From positions 6,287-70,286 of the forward strand of contig CAZPBM010000018.1 of the NCBI GenBank assembly GCA_964584965.1: 64,000 nt of DNA, read 5' to 3'. This DNA is from an uncultured Candidatus Bathyarchaeia archaeon (GTDB lineage Archaea > Thermoproteota > Bathyarchaeia > Bathyarchaeales > DTEX01). Positions 17,071 to 26,971 of this stretch are shown one piece after another (positions within the stretch are counted from its first letter, which is position 1; each line of letters starts with the position of its first letter). The position numbers and the translations under genes were made by a program. The notes under the pieces were generated by a model. That model was not told the DNA's origin. It saw only the letters and a list, made by a program, of their open reading frames with translations, and ran no database searches.

Positions 17071-18393
17071 ATGAAAATGAACGAGAATCCCTCAGGATAC
17101 AAAGGAAGGGTTTTGGACATCCTTGTTGAATCAAAGGTCCAAGTGGGAGACCTGATCCGCATAGATAAGAACGGCATCGCGTATGAGGGTATACTTATTC
17201 CACGTTCCGAACTTGGAGACGACAAGCACATAGTGATCAAAATCAAATCAGGATACAACATAGGCATCGAAGTAACAGAAGAAACCAGAGTCACAAAAAT
17301 AGGCGTGGACAAAACACCATCTTTTACGCCGCCTGAATTACCTAGCCAGAACCCTAGTCTCCCTAAGGTCTCGATTGTTAGCACTGGAGGAACCATCGCA
17401 AGCAGGGTGGACTACAGAACAGGCGCCGTTAGGCCTGCAATCTCGGCAAGCGACCTCTACAGTATTGTGCCTGAACTTTCCAACATCGCAGCTATAGATA
17501 CGCAGATTCTTTTCAGTTTCTTCAGCGAAGATTTAACACCTAAACATTGGTCAAAACTCGCAGTAACAGTTGCAGAACATATTTCTAGAGGTGTAGATGG
17601 AGTTGTAGTAACCCACGGCACAGACACAATGGGCTACACTGCAGCAGCTCTGAGCTTTGCACTTCAAAATCTTCCCGTTCCAGTTGTTCTCGTAGGAGCA
17701 CAAAGATCAGAAGACAGGCCGAGCTCTGACGCTGCGTCCAACCTAATTGGAGCTGTTTCAGCTGCAGCCAAGGCGCCGTTCGCTGAGGTTGTTGTTGCCA
17801 TGCATGAAACGATATCCGACGAGTCCATTGTCCTGCATCGAGGAACAAAGGTAAGAAAACTTCATACAAGCCGACGGGACGCATTCAAGACAGTTAACAC
17901 TCAACCCGTCGCAAGGGTTATAGACGGCCAAGTAGTGATGTTAACAGACAACTATAAGAAACGAGGTAAGGAAAAAAACCTTGCCTTGAAATCAGAGTTC
18001 GCAGAAAAAGTTGCATTAATAAAGTTTTATCCGGGAATGGATCCGAAGATCATCGATTGGCATGTTGAAGCTGACTACAAAGGCATTATTCTTGAAGGAA
18101 CCGGGCTAGGTCACGTTCGGCAAGCTCTTTTTTCCAGCATCAGAACAGCCATTGAAAGAGGTGTTATAGTAGCAATGGCTTCGCAGTGCATTTGGGGAAG
18201 GGTAAACATGAACGTGTATACTGCGGGTCGAGACTTGGTTGCAATGGGCGTGATTCCGCTTCAAGATATGCTTGCGGAGACCGCTTTCGTTAAGCTCATG
18301 TGGATTCTAGGGCAAACTCAAGATCTAATGAAGGCGAAGGAACTTTTAACAACAAATTTGGCATACGAACTCTCATCAAGGACGGTTGATTAG
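17071..18393 (+). CDS. gatD: Glutamyl-tRNA(Gln) amidotransferase subunit D
   Basis: STGGTIASRVDY, HGTDTM, GAQRSEDRPSSD. Confidence 0.96.
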   Translation: MKMNENPSGYKGRVLDILVESKVQVGDLIRIDKNGIAYEGILIPRSELGDDKHIVIKIKSGYNIGIEVTEETRVTKIGVDKTPSFTPPELPSQNPSLPKVSIVSTGGTIASRVDYRTGAVRPAISASDLYSIVPELSNIAAIDTQILFSFFSEDLTPKHWSKLAVTVAEHISRGVDGVVVTHGTDTMGYTAAALSFALQNLPVPVVLVGAQRSEDRPSSDAASNLIGAVSAAAKAPFAEVVVAMHETISDESIVLHRGTKVRKLHTSRRDAFKTVNTQPVARVIDGQVVMLTDNYKKRGKEKNLALKSEFAEKVALIKFYPGMDPKIIDWHVEADYKGIILEGTGLGHVRQALFSSIRTAIERGVIVAMASQCIWGRVNMNVYTAGRDLVAMGVIPLQDMLAETAFVKLMWILGQTQDLMKAKELLTTNLAYELSSRTVD

Positions 18394-18426
18394 GACTGAA
18401 GCGGATTTTATGGAGAATGACGAGAC

Positions 18427-20325
18427 ATGAAGGTTGACTATTCTGATGTGGGTTTAAAAGTAGGCTTAGAATGCCATCAGCAGCTCGCCACCAGAGAGAA
18501 GCTTTTCTGCGCTTGTAAGCCTAACCTTTTTAAAGGCGAACCTGAGATAACATTTCTGCGAAGGCTGCGGCCAACTCAAAGCGAACTGGGACAAACTGAT
18601 CCTGCAGCGTATTTTGAGTTTCTGAAAGGAGTTAGGATCCTGTATGAGGCAGACAGGAAGACTTCGTGTCTTGTAGAGATGGATGAGGAACCGCCGCACG
18701 AGCTGAACCGCGAAGCTTTAGAAACTGCTCTTTTAGTGGCTTTGATGATGGAGGCAAAGCCGGTGGATGAGGTTCACGTGATGCGTAAAGTTGTGATTGA
18801 CGGTTCGAACACAACCGGCTTTCAGCGAACATGCGTTGTTGGGATGAATGGTGCAATTGTTGTTGATGGAAAAACGGTTCCTATTCAACACATAAGTCTA
18901 GAGGAGGATGCTGCGCGTAAAACCGGGGTGGATGGCTTAACTGTTCGTTACCGCATCGACAGGCTTTGTGTTCCCCTCATCGAAGTGACGACGGGACCAG
19001 TTATATACTCGCCTGAGGAAGCAAGGAATGTTGCTTATGCTATTGGGCGGATTTTGAGGGCTACTCGAAAGGTCAAACGTGGAATTGGGACAATTAGGCA
19101 AGACCTTAACGTGTCAATTAGGGACGGCGCTTTGATTGAGATTAAAGGCGTTCAAGAGCTAGACCTTATCTCGCAGATTGTTGAACTTGAGGTACAGCGT
19201 CAGCTCAGTCTTCTTAGCATAAGGGACGAATTAAAAAAGCGTGGATTAAGCGAGTACGAAATAGGAGACGATTTTGTTGATGTAACATCCGCCATGACGA
19301 AAACTGGATGTCGCATAATCCAGAAAGCCATCAACCAAGGCAAAAAAATCTTTGCAGTGAAATTACCGAAATTTTCCGGCCTTCTCAGCAAAGAGTTGAT
19401 ACCAAACATGAGGTTGGGAACCGAGATAGCTGACAGGGCAAAGTTTTGGGGCAGAGTTGGCGGCATACTTCATTCTGATGAGCTTCAATTTTATGGTGTA
19501 ACAGAAGACGAAATCAACCAGCTAAGACAAATGTTGAAAGCTGAACAGCAAGACGCTTTCGTTTTGGTTGCTGACATAGTAGAAAATGTCTTTGATGCGT
19601 TGCGTGCGGTAACTGAAAGAGCTCGAGAGGCTTTAAGAGGGGTTCCTGAAGAAACTAGGGGTTCAAATCCTGATGGAACAACACGGTACATGAGGCCAAG
19701 ACCTGGTGCTGCTCGAATGTATCCAGAGACGGATGTTCCGCCAATTGTTATTTCGAAAGATTACGTTTTCCGACTACGTTCTCAGCTCCCAGAACCGCTG
19801 GAAAAAACTGTTGAAAGACTGATGAAAAAATACGGTTTGAACGAGAAGTTAGCAAAGCAGCTTGAAGATTCAGAATACGCTGCCGTGTTCGACGAATTAG
19901 TTGAGAGAACAAAAGTTTCACCAACTTTCGCTGCTGCCACACTTACAGAGACCTTTAAAGCTCTTAAACGTGACGGAGTTGAGGTTGACAAGGTAACTGA
20001 TGATCAGCTAATAGAAGTCTTTAGTCTCGTCGGCTCCGAGAAGATATCTAAAGAGGCGATTCCAGAAATTGTCACGTGGCTTTCCAAGAACGAGGGTAGT
20101 ACACCGTCGGAGGCTGTTGAAGCCTTGGGTCTATCCATGATTTCAGAACAGGATCTATCTAATGTTGTTGAAGAAATTATCAGAAAGAACAAAGACGTTG
20201 CAACAAAAAAAGGCGAGAACGCTTTGGGATTTCTCATGGGGCTTGTTATGCAAAAATACCGGGGTAAAGTGAAACCTGACCAAGTGAAAACAGTTCTCAT
20301 GAAAAAATTGTCCAAATTAAGGTAA
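18427..20325 (+). CDS. gatE: Glutamyl-tRNA(Gln) amidotransferase subunit E
   Basis: GLECHQQL, RKVVIDGSNTTGFQRT, RPRPGAARMYPETD. Confidence 0.96.
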   Translation: MKVDYSDVGLKVGLECHQQLATREKLFCACKPNLFKGEPEITFLRRLRPTQSELGQTDPAAYFEFLKGVRILYEADRKTSCLVEMDEEPPHELNREALETALLVALMMEAKPVDEVHVMRKVVIDGSNTTGFQRTCVVGMNGAIVVDGKTVPIQHISLEEDAARKTGVDGLTVRYRIDRLCVPLIEVTTGPVIYSPEEARNVAYAIGRILRATRKVKRGIGTIRQDLNVSIRDGALIEIKGVQELDLISQIVELEVQRQLSLLSIRDELKKRGLSEYEIGDDFVDVTSAMTKTGCRIIQKAINQGKKIFAVKLPKFSGLLSKELIPNMRLGTEIADRAKFWGRVGGILHSDELQFYGVTEDEINQLRQMLKAEQQDAFVLVADIVENVFDALRAVTERAREALRGVPEETRGSNPDGTTRYMRPRPGAARMYPETDVPPIVISKDYVFRLRSQLPEPLEKTVERLMKKYGLNEKLAKQLEDSEYAAVFDELVERTKVSPTFAAATLTETFKALKRDGVEVDKVTDDQLIEVFSLVGSEKISKEAIPEIVTWLSKNEGSTPSEAVEALGLSMISEQDLSNVVEEIIRKNKDVATKKGENALGFLMGLVMQKYRGKVKPDQVKTVLMKKLSKLR

Positions 20326-20422
20326 AAGGCAAGTCCAAGTTACGAGTTTGGGCAGATTTGGTTTTTGGAACAAGCGCAGACTTCCACATGGTTGTAACTG
20401 TTGTTTGGGTTAACTGTTTCCA

Positions 20423-21118
20423 TTATTCTTCTTTGTAATGTTCTTCGTAAGCCTCGAGCATGGCTTTAATATACTCTTTCAACCTTTCAGGTGTGACTTC
20501 GGGGCTTATTGTCAGGTTTATAGAAATGTTTGCTGTCGGAGACTTTGCTGTCATAATTGCTGCAGCTGCCTCTACTTTCGTTGTTGATCTTACTGTTCTT
20601 CTAGCTTCTTTAGGCGGCCTTAAGATTTTCCCTGCTGTAGAAAGATGATCAAGTCCAAAAGCGTAGGCCATCATATCCATAAAGGCTGAGAGGCCAACCT
20701 TGTCAGCTCGAAGGTCGCCTACGACTCTTGGAAGTTCGATTAAAACTGTGTCTCGACTAAGGTTTTCGCGTCGAATCCTTTCGATAAAAGCTGACAATAC
20801 TTGATCCTTGGACAAAATCCTGTTGAGCATCAGTTTTGTTTGTTCTCCATTTGGGTCTATCCTATATGCGTATGCGAACTCAGCGGCTTCACGGTTTAGT
20901 TTGTATTTTCCAGGTTCATTTTCATTTTCCTCGACAAAGTTCCAGCTTTTAAGGAAGTTGTTGTTTCGGCTGATGTTGTGAAGTGTAACGCTTGATTTTT
21001 CGGCAACCTCACTTACGCCTACAAACTGGCTGTCTGCTCCTGCATTCAAGTAGCCAACTAGGACATCGCAAATTTTTGAAAAACTTAGTCTCCGCGGAAA
21101 AACTTTCACTTCACTCAA
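20423..21118 (-). CDS. Hypothetical protein (possible N-terminal wHTH, DUF5343-like C-terminus)
   Basis: 231-aa ORF; VSEVAEKSSVTLHNISRN helix pair; terminal ISINLTISPEVTPERL. Confidence 0.6.
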   Translation of the reverse strand: MSEVKVFPRRLSFSKICDVLVGYLNAGADSQFVGVSEVAEKSSVTLHNISRNNNFLKSWNFVEENENEPGKYKLNREAAEFAYAYRIDPNGEQTKLMLNRILSKDQVLSAFIERIRRENLSRDTVLIELPRVVGDLRADKVGLSAFMDMMAYAFGLDHLSTAGKILRPPKEARRTVRSTTKVEAAAAIMTAKSPTANISINLTISPEVTPERLKEYIKAMLEAYEEHYKEE

Positions 21119-21307
21119 AGATTGGTTCGCTCCGAATCAACGTTTTTCTTTAACATAAAAATACTGAACAAAATATTATAGGTATCTACTAAGCTAGGTT
21201 TCAACATCACATTTTTGCGGTAAATCTTTTAAACTATGTAAGTTATAAAGAAAAAAGGAGCGGTCTAAGATAAAAATAAATGTCACGCTTATTGAACGGA
21301 GAACAGC

Positions 21308-21832
21308 ATGTTGGTTGATGAAAAAAGCAGTCTTGAAGTAACTGTCAGATTTAAGGACGCTGAAACCAAGTTTGTTGGAAAGCCAGATGACGTAATACAG
21401 GCTATTCTAAAATATTTCAACAAAATTCTACCAAGCTACGAATTAATCTTAAATCTAACCTTAACTGTAGATGTGGAGAACCTCTTAAGAAACATTAAAG
21501 GGCTTATAGCCTTCACCCCAGAAGGAATTGTAGTAACCGTTCCTAGAGAAAAGATCGGTGGCGAAAGAGACATAATTCTTGTTCATCTTGTCAAATCATA
21601 CATCGGGTTCAAAACTGGACGAATGGAAAAGGATTCCTTGACAATGAATGAAATCCTAACTTTCACAGGTGGAAAATCTGGAACTGTTGGAGCTCGGCTT
21701 AGCGAGCTAACAAGCTCAGGATGGGTTGAACGTGTTGGACGTGGGGAGTACAGAATAACGACTTTAGGCGTGAATGCCTTTGTAGATGAAGTGCTGCCAA
21801 AACTTAAGACAAAAGAGGAGCCGAAACCATGA
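21308..21832 (+). CDS. Winged-HTH protein with N-terminal beta-beta-alpha module
   Basis: TVGARLSELTSSGWVERVGRGEYRITTLG. Confidence 0.75.
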   Translation: MLVDEKSSLEVTVRFKDAETKFVGKPDDVIQAILKYFNKILPSYELILNLTLTVDVENLLRNIKGLIAFTPEGIVVTVPREKIGGERDIILVHLVKSYIGFKTGRMEKDSLTMNEILTFTGGKSGTVGARLSELTSSGWVERVGRGEYRITTLGVNAFVDEVLPKLKTKEEPKP

Positions 21833-22359
21833 ATGAACAGAGAAAATTGAGAGTCCACCTCGAATTAGGCGAGGCAAAAGCTGACTTTGAAGGCGATGTT
21901 AACCAAGTTCTAGAGGCCTTCGTCCACTTTCTGACAGAAATGCACCCTAACCTAGAAATCATTAACAAGCTGATTTACAACCCAGATATTCTCAGTCTTG
22001 CAGCAAAACTTGTTGGAAAAGTAGAAATCACTGCTGAAGGACCAATCCTTGTTTCACGGGATGAAATGTCAGCTCGAGACGCAGTCTGCATTGCTTTACT
22101 AGGAGCTTATGTAGGCAATAAACTCGGAAAACTATCTAAAGATACACTTTCTCCAAGTGATCTGGCAAAAATCACCGAAAAAGCTCGGAAAACAATATCC
22201 AATGAGGTTCCTAAGCTTGTTACCGAGGGGATCATAGAACGAACAACAGAAGGAGAATACAAACTAACAATTCTCGGCATAAGAAAAACAGAAGAAAAAA
22301 CAACACAAAAACCTAAAATGCACACAAACAGCTGTTACAAAAAAGCAAATGAAGTCTAG
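21829..22359 (+). CDS. Winged-HTH protein, paralogue of upstream gene
   Basis: TISNEVPKLVTEGIIERTTEGEYKLTILG; ATGA overlap with upstream gene. Confidence 0.75.
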   Translation: MNEQRKLRVHLELGEAKADFEGDVNQVLEAFVHFLTEMHPNLEIINKLIYNPDILSLAAKLVGKVEITAEGPILVSRDEMSARDAVCIALLGAYVGNKLGKLSKDTLSPSDLAKITEKARKTISNEVPKLVTEGIIERTTEGEYKLTILGIRKTEEKTTQKPKMHTNSCYKKANEV

Positions 22360-22419
22360 CATGTCAAACTTTTCCACCTCCAAAAATTTTATGGCGATCT
22401 TTTCCAACTAATATAAAGC

Positions 22420-22838
22420 TAGATAACCAAAAGATTGCCCAATGTCTCCATAATTGTGTGGAAGTCAAAGATGTCAGTAGAGTCTTTTCCATGGGTATCT
22501 TGGGAAGCGGGCGTCTTCGATCACGCCATGCATAGATTTGTGGTTCTGGTAGTCTCCACCACCTGCAATAATGCCTATAAGAAGCGATCGCAGTGTCCAG
22601 TCTACCCTGCAATGTAGGTATGATCCTTTCCATGGCTGCAACGTCATCGAGGTCTCCAAGTCTGGCCAGTGTGCTTAGGGCGCAACTGTACCTCCACAAA
22701 GTCTCCGTCTTCAACCTGTACCTGTGCCCCATGAGGACCGCCAGAATCTTCTCGCGGACCCTAGGTTCCACGTCTTTCAGCATCCCCACACGCTTGTCAG
22801 CCGACAAAGGCTCCATAGTGGTGTGGTTTGCTGGGTAC
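22420..22838 (-). pseudogene. Truncated integrase fragment in frame with tRNA-Gly (SSV1-type int(C)-like)
   Basis: Frame runs through the tRNA (FQACDPGFKSRQPHQ) into ...ETLWRYSCAL...YRHYCRW...LPKIPMEK...WAIFWL and ends before the catalytic domain. Confidence 0.6.
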
Positions 22839-22917
22839 TGGTGCGGCTGCCGGGATTTGAACCCGGGATCGCAAGCTTGGAAGGCTTGAGTCCTAAACCA
22901 GGCTAGACCACAGCCGC
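22839..22917 (-). tRNA. trnG: tRNA-Gly(TCC)
   Basis: GCGGCTG...CAAGC-CTTCCAA-GCTTG...CCGGGTTCAAATCCCGG-CAGCCGC-ACCA. Confidence 0.97.
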
Positions 22918-22991
22918 ACTGAAATTGTTCGTCACTCAAAGTAAGAGATTCGATTCTTCAATAACTTTTAAGCCTTGTGGAAGGATTTCAG

Positions 22992-23900
22992 TCAGAACCG
23001 TGTTATGCGGAATCTTGGGTGAGTTGGCGGCAGACGTTTTCCGTCTTCCATAAGCACCTGTCCAAAAGCAACGTTAATTAGACTAACCGCGGGGAAAATG
23101 ATAGGTGCATCGCTTATTGGGCCATACAAGACAAAATCTGCTCCTATTGCTATTGGTAAACTGCTTGCGACGGATGAGCATGTTAAAGTTAATGTCTTAT
23201 CCTTTTTTTCCTTAAGGGCTTTCCAGGATGAGATGGCGTTGTGTGCTCCGCATCCTGTGGGCAGTCCGAATCTTTCTTTAACTTCGCGGATGGCTTTGCA
23301 GGCTAAGCCAAGCGTGGCTATGTCAATCACAACTGTGTCAACAAGCATCTTTTCAATGCCTACAGCCTCAACTTTCGGAATCATCGTCTCCAAGAGGGTT
23401 ATCCGTTCTTTTGACGAAATTATGGCTTTAGTGCTGTAAGTGAGAAGAAGCGCGGATTTCAAGCCAGCTTCCCTAATTTTCCTAAAAACCTTTTCCCGAG
23501 TTTCAGGATTAATAGAATTTAAAATGGTTCTATCAATTATACCTAGTTCTTTAGCAACTTCTAAACCCGCCACCGCTGCCTCTTCAGACACGGCGTCAAT
23601 CAACAAAGGCATACGCGTAACGTTCGCAACGAATTCCAAGTATCCACGTGCAGTTTCAGGGTAAGTGCAAACTACGTCTATCATGGCTGAAAGCCCAGTT
23701 CTCTCAGACATTTCCTCAACCTTTGAAATTAGTTCTCGAGCCTTTTCCTTGTCAAAAGCTCCAGTTTTTTCGTCACTAACCAGTTTGTCGCCTTTGTAAA
23801 AGATGCTGCCGATCATAACCGTGGAGTTTTCACCAACTTCGCCGCCTACTTTTATTCCACCAATGTCATAGGTCACTTGTTTTTTACTATATTGAAACAC
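22992..23900 (-). CDS. mtrH: Tetrahydromethanopterin S-methyltransferase subunit H family methyltransferase
   Basis: IGGIKVGGEVGE, MIGSIFYKGDKLVSDEKTGAFDKEKA, GCGAHNA, GADFVLYGP. Confidence 0.9.
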   Translation of the reverse strand: MFQYSKKQVTYDIGGIKVGGEVGENSTVMIGSIFYKGDKLVSDEKTGAFDKEKARELISKVEEMSERTGLSAMIDVVCTYPETARGYLEFVANVTRMPLLIDAVSEEAAVAGLEVAKELGIIDRTILNSINPETREKVFRKIREAGLKSALLLTYSTKAIISSKERITLLETMIPKVEAVGIEKMLVDTVVIDIATLGLACKAIREVKERFGLPTGCGAHNAISSWKALKEKKDKTLTLTCSSVASSLPIAIGADFVLYGPISDAPIIFPAVSLINVAFGQVLMEDGKRLPPTHPRFRITRF

Positions 23901-24117
23901 TTTTTATCCTCCTTGAGAGCACAAACTCATCTTTAGCTTGTATGCACATAAATTTTATTTAAGCCTTTAAATGAGTTACGTAGACCATAAATACAAACTC
24001 ATAGGAAACCTCGTTGCTCCAAGACTTTGCAGGATAAGACTTAAATTTTATAGAATGCGTAATTCACTTCAAATTTAAAAGCCTTGAATACGACTTTTAC
24101 GAATTTTAACTTGGAGC

Positions 24118-24405
24118 TAAGAATTAAAAGAAAACAGAAATATGCCCAAAATACCTAGACACCAATCATAATCGATAGGATACCCTTACTTCACAAGTAC
24201 AAAAAACAAGTTGCACTAAAACCGCATTAATGTATGTAAAAACTTCTAAGCGTACATAAACAAAACCACCAAAATTAAAAAGGCACTGTTTAAAGCACAC
24301 AATCTTAAACATAAAATGAAAAAGCTGCAATCGCACTGGAAAAAATAGTCAAAAAACCTAGCTATCACTTTATATACCTATATATAGCCCTCCCCCTTAA
24401 CCCCC
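24118..24405 (-). repeat. Dispersed intergenic element, copy A (diverged)
   Basis: Head GGGGGTTAAGGGGGAGGGCTATATATAG, then TTTTTTGACTAT; distal CTGTTTTCTTTTAATTCTTA block shared with copy B. Confidence 0.55.
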
Positions 24406-24485
24406 TACAGACAATTCTCTATAAGACTTGAAAGCATAATCGTAACAAAAAAACAAAACAAACAAAAAAATAAGGCGAGAAAATT

Positions 24486-25685
24486 CTAAGATGGCAGTGT
24501 TACCCACTTGCCTTTTTCCGCGGATTCCTCGATTGCTGAAAGTATTTCCTGGCACTTCAACCCGTCGTAGAATGTTGCTCCGTAAGGTGCCACAGGCTTG
24601 TCGTTAACTATGCAGTCGACTAAATGGTGGATTTCGTGCACAAAAGTGTGTTCCCACCCAATTATGTGCCCATGAGGCCACCAATGTTCGATGAATGGAT
24701 GAACACTTTCCGTCACCAAGATGTTGCGGACCCCCATTCTGTCATCCTTGTCTTTCTTTGAGTAAACTTCCAACTCGTTTAGCCGTTCAAGGTTGAAACT
24801 AATCGAACCTTCTGTACCGTGAATTTCGATTCTCTGGTAGTTCTTCCGCCCAGCGCAGAAACGTGAACTTTCTAGACTGCCAATGGCGTTATTCTTGAAT
24901 TTTACCATGGCGATGAACACGTCGTCAACGTCAACCTTGCCTTTCCTCTTAGGATCGTCAGGCAACGAACGTTCTTTTATAAAAGTCTCAGTCATCCCGC
25001 AGAGGGAAGCAAAGTCTCCCACTAGAAACCTTGCCAAGTCAATGATGTGTGCTCCTAAGTCACCAAGTGCCCCTGAACCCGCAACACTCTTCCTTAACCT
25101 CCAAACCAGAGGAAAACTTGGATCCATGATCCATTCCTGAAGATACACAGCTCTAAACTGCAAAATTTTGCCGATGTATCCTTCGTCGATAAGGTTTTTC
25201 GCAAGCCTCAACGCAGGAACAAACCGATAATTGAAAGCAGTCATGTGCTTGACGCCAGCCTTTTCAGCAGCCTTATACATTGCCAACGCTTCTTTTAGGG
25301 TTCCAGCAAGAGGCTTTTCGCAAATCACGTGCTTCCCAGCTTCAACCGCGCCAATGCAAGGCTCAGCGTGCAAATTATTTGGAAGACAGTTGTCAACTAA
25401 CTGGATTCTCTCGTCCCTAACAAGGGCTTTCCAATCTGTGTAATAGGTTTCAAACCCAAATCTTTTCGCTGCTTCAGCTAAAGCTTCCTCTGTTCTTCCG
25501 CACAAAGCCACCAGCCTTGGTCTAGCAGGTGGCGGATAAAAAAACACAGGCATCTTCTTGTAGCCGTTTGTGTGAGCTTTTCCCATGAAAGCATAACCGA
25601 GGACGCCAACACCGATGTCTTTGACTTCTTTAGGCTCTTTTGCAACTTTTCCCATCGTTACAAATCCAACTTCTTTCTTCGCCAT
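24486..25685 (-). CDS. Gfo/Idh/MocA oxidoreductase (levoglucosan/glycoside 3-dehydrogenase-like)
   Basis: GYAFMGKAH, CEKPLA, GSGALGDLGAHIID, WWPHGHIIGWEHTF. Confidence 0.9.
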   Translation of the reverse strand: MAKKEVGFVTMGKVAKEPKEVKDIGVGVLGYAFMGKAHTNGYKKMPVFFYPPPARPRLVALCGRTEEALAEAAKRFGFETYYTDWKALVRDERIQLVDNCLPNNLHAEPCIGAVEAGKHVICEKPLAGTLKEALAMYKAAEKAGVKHMTAFNYRFVPALRLAKNLIDEGYIGKILQFRAVYLQEWIMDPSFPLVWRLRKSVAGSGALGDLGAHIIDLARFLVGDFASLCGMTETFIKERSLPDDPKRKGKVDVDDVFIAMVKFKNNAIGSLESSRFCAGRKNYQRIEIHGTEGSISFNLERLNELEVYSKKDKDDRMGVRNILVTESVHPFIEHWWPHGHIIGWEHTFVHEIHHLVDCIVNDKPVAPYGATFYDGLKCQEILSAIEESAEKGKWVTLPS

Positions 25686-25687
25686 TT

Positions 25688-26650
25688 TTACCACCAAACC
25701 TGCTTCAAAGGAGCTTTAATAATTAAAGGCTTCAAATGAGCGATGCATTTTTCACATCCATCTTCGCGGCTCATCACTGGGTCTTCATGCTCATAACTTA
25801 AAACATAGTCGTAGCGAACCTCAAGCAACGCAGTCATGATTCTTTTCCAGTCAACGTCGCCCCAGCCGACAACGCGGAATCTGAAACCTCTACCTTGCCT
25901 CATCCAGCCTCCAGTCGGAATTACGCCTGACATTGCAACATATTCCTTCACGAGCTCAGCGTCCTTCGCGTGCGCATGATAGATTCTTTCACCAAATTTC
26001 TTAATGAAGATCACTGGGTCAATTCCTTGCCAAACGAAATGGCTAGGGTCAAAGTTAAAGCCAAACTCCTTTCTGCCATTAACTGCCTTTACTGCTTGAT
26101 CTGCAGTCTCAATGTTATAAGCTTGTTCCTGCGGATGAACTTCGTGTGCAAACTTTATTCCGTACGCAGCGAACACATCGAATATTGGATTCCAACGTTC
26201 AGCAAATATCTCGAAGCCTTTCTCGTAAATCTTCTCGTAAGCAGGAGGAAAAATATACCATGCACCCCAATATGGAGCTCCAATAAAGCCATTCACCACT
26301 GGGACATCAAGCGCCGCCGCAGCTTCAGCTGTTTTCTTCATTCGCTCAACGCCATATTTTGTCTTTTCTTCAGGAGTGCCTTTGAAAAAATCATCAGTTG
26401 AAGAGTCATGGGGTCCTAAGACAATTTGTCCCTCAAGGTGGTTGCTGAGTCCAGAAATCGTAAGACCATACTTTTCCACCATCCTCTTAAGTTTAGTTGC
26501 GCCTCCGCTTAGCACTTCGTCAATGTTCAAATGGTTGCTTCCTTTCCATGCTGCAAGCTCAACGCATTCATAGCCAAGCTTCGAAACGTATTCCAAGACT
26601 TTCTCCAGTTTTAGCTCATTAAACAGAACAGTGAAGATTCCTATCTTCAA
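25688..26650 (-). CDS. Sugar phosphate isomerase/epimerase (xylose-isomerase-like TIM barrel)
   Basis: FAHEVHP, NFDPSH, HAHAKD, LSYEHED metal ligands. Confidence 0.88.
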   Translation of the reverse strand: MKIGIFTVLFNELKLEKVLEYVSKLGYECVELAAWKGSNHLNIDEVLSGGATKLKRMVEKYGLTISGLSNHLEGQIVLGPHDSSTDDFFKGTPEEKTKYGVERMKKTAEAAAALDVPVVNGFIGAPYWGAWYIFPPAYEKIYEKGFEIFAERWNPIFDVFAAYGIKFAHEVHPQEQAYNIETADQAVKAVNGRKEFGFNFDPSHFVWQGIDPVIFIKKFGERIYHAHAKDAELVKEYVAMSGVIPTGGWMRQGRGFRFRVVGWGDVDWKRIMTALLEVRYDYVLSYEHEDPVMSREDGCEKCIAHLKPLIIKAPLKQVWW

Positions 26651-26782
26651 ATAAATTCCGCTCCTTCACCATTTTTTTCACGAAAATAATTAATTGAATC
26701 AACTTAAATAATTTAACCATAATACACCAAAAGATGAAGATAAAAATAATTGGTGATGATTCACAGTGAAAAATACGTAAAA

Positions 26783-26971
26783 CTATTCTTTCACAGCGAC
26801 AGAGTATTTCCGTGTTTTAGGGTCACAGTCAATGTTACCATTCTCAAAAAGCCTTCTTAAAGAACCAAAGACAGCCTTAGGTTTTTTATCTAGTTTTTCA
26901 GCGATCTCAACAAGAGTAAGAGGACCTGTTTCCTTTATCATACGGAGAATTTGTTCATCAAGCTTATTCAA
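26783..26971 (-). CDS. Small winged-HTH protein
   Basis: LTLVEIAEKLDKKPKAVFGSLRRLFENG; AGGTG SD. Confidence 0.75.
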   Translation of the reverse strand: MNKLDEQILRMIKETGPLTLVEIAEKLDKKPKAVFGSLRRLFENGNIDCDPKTRKYSVAVKE

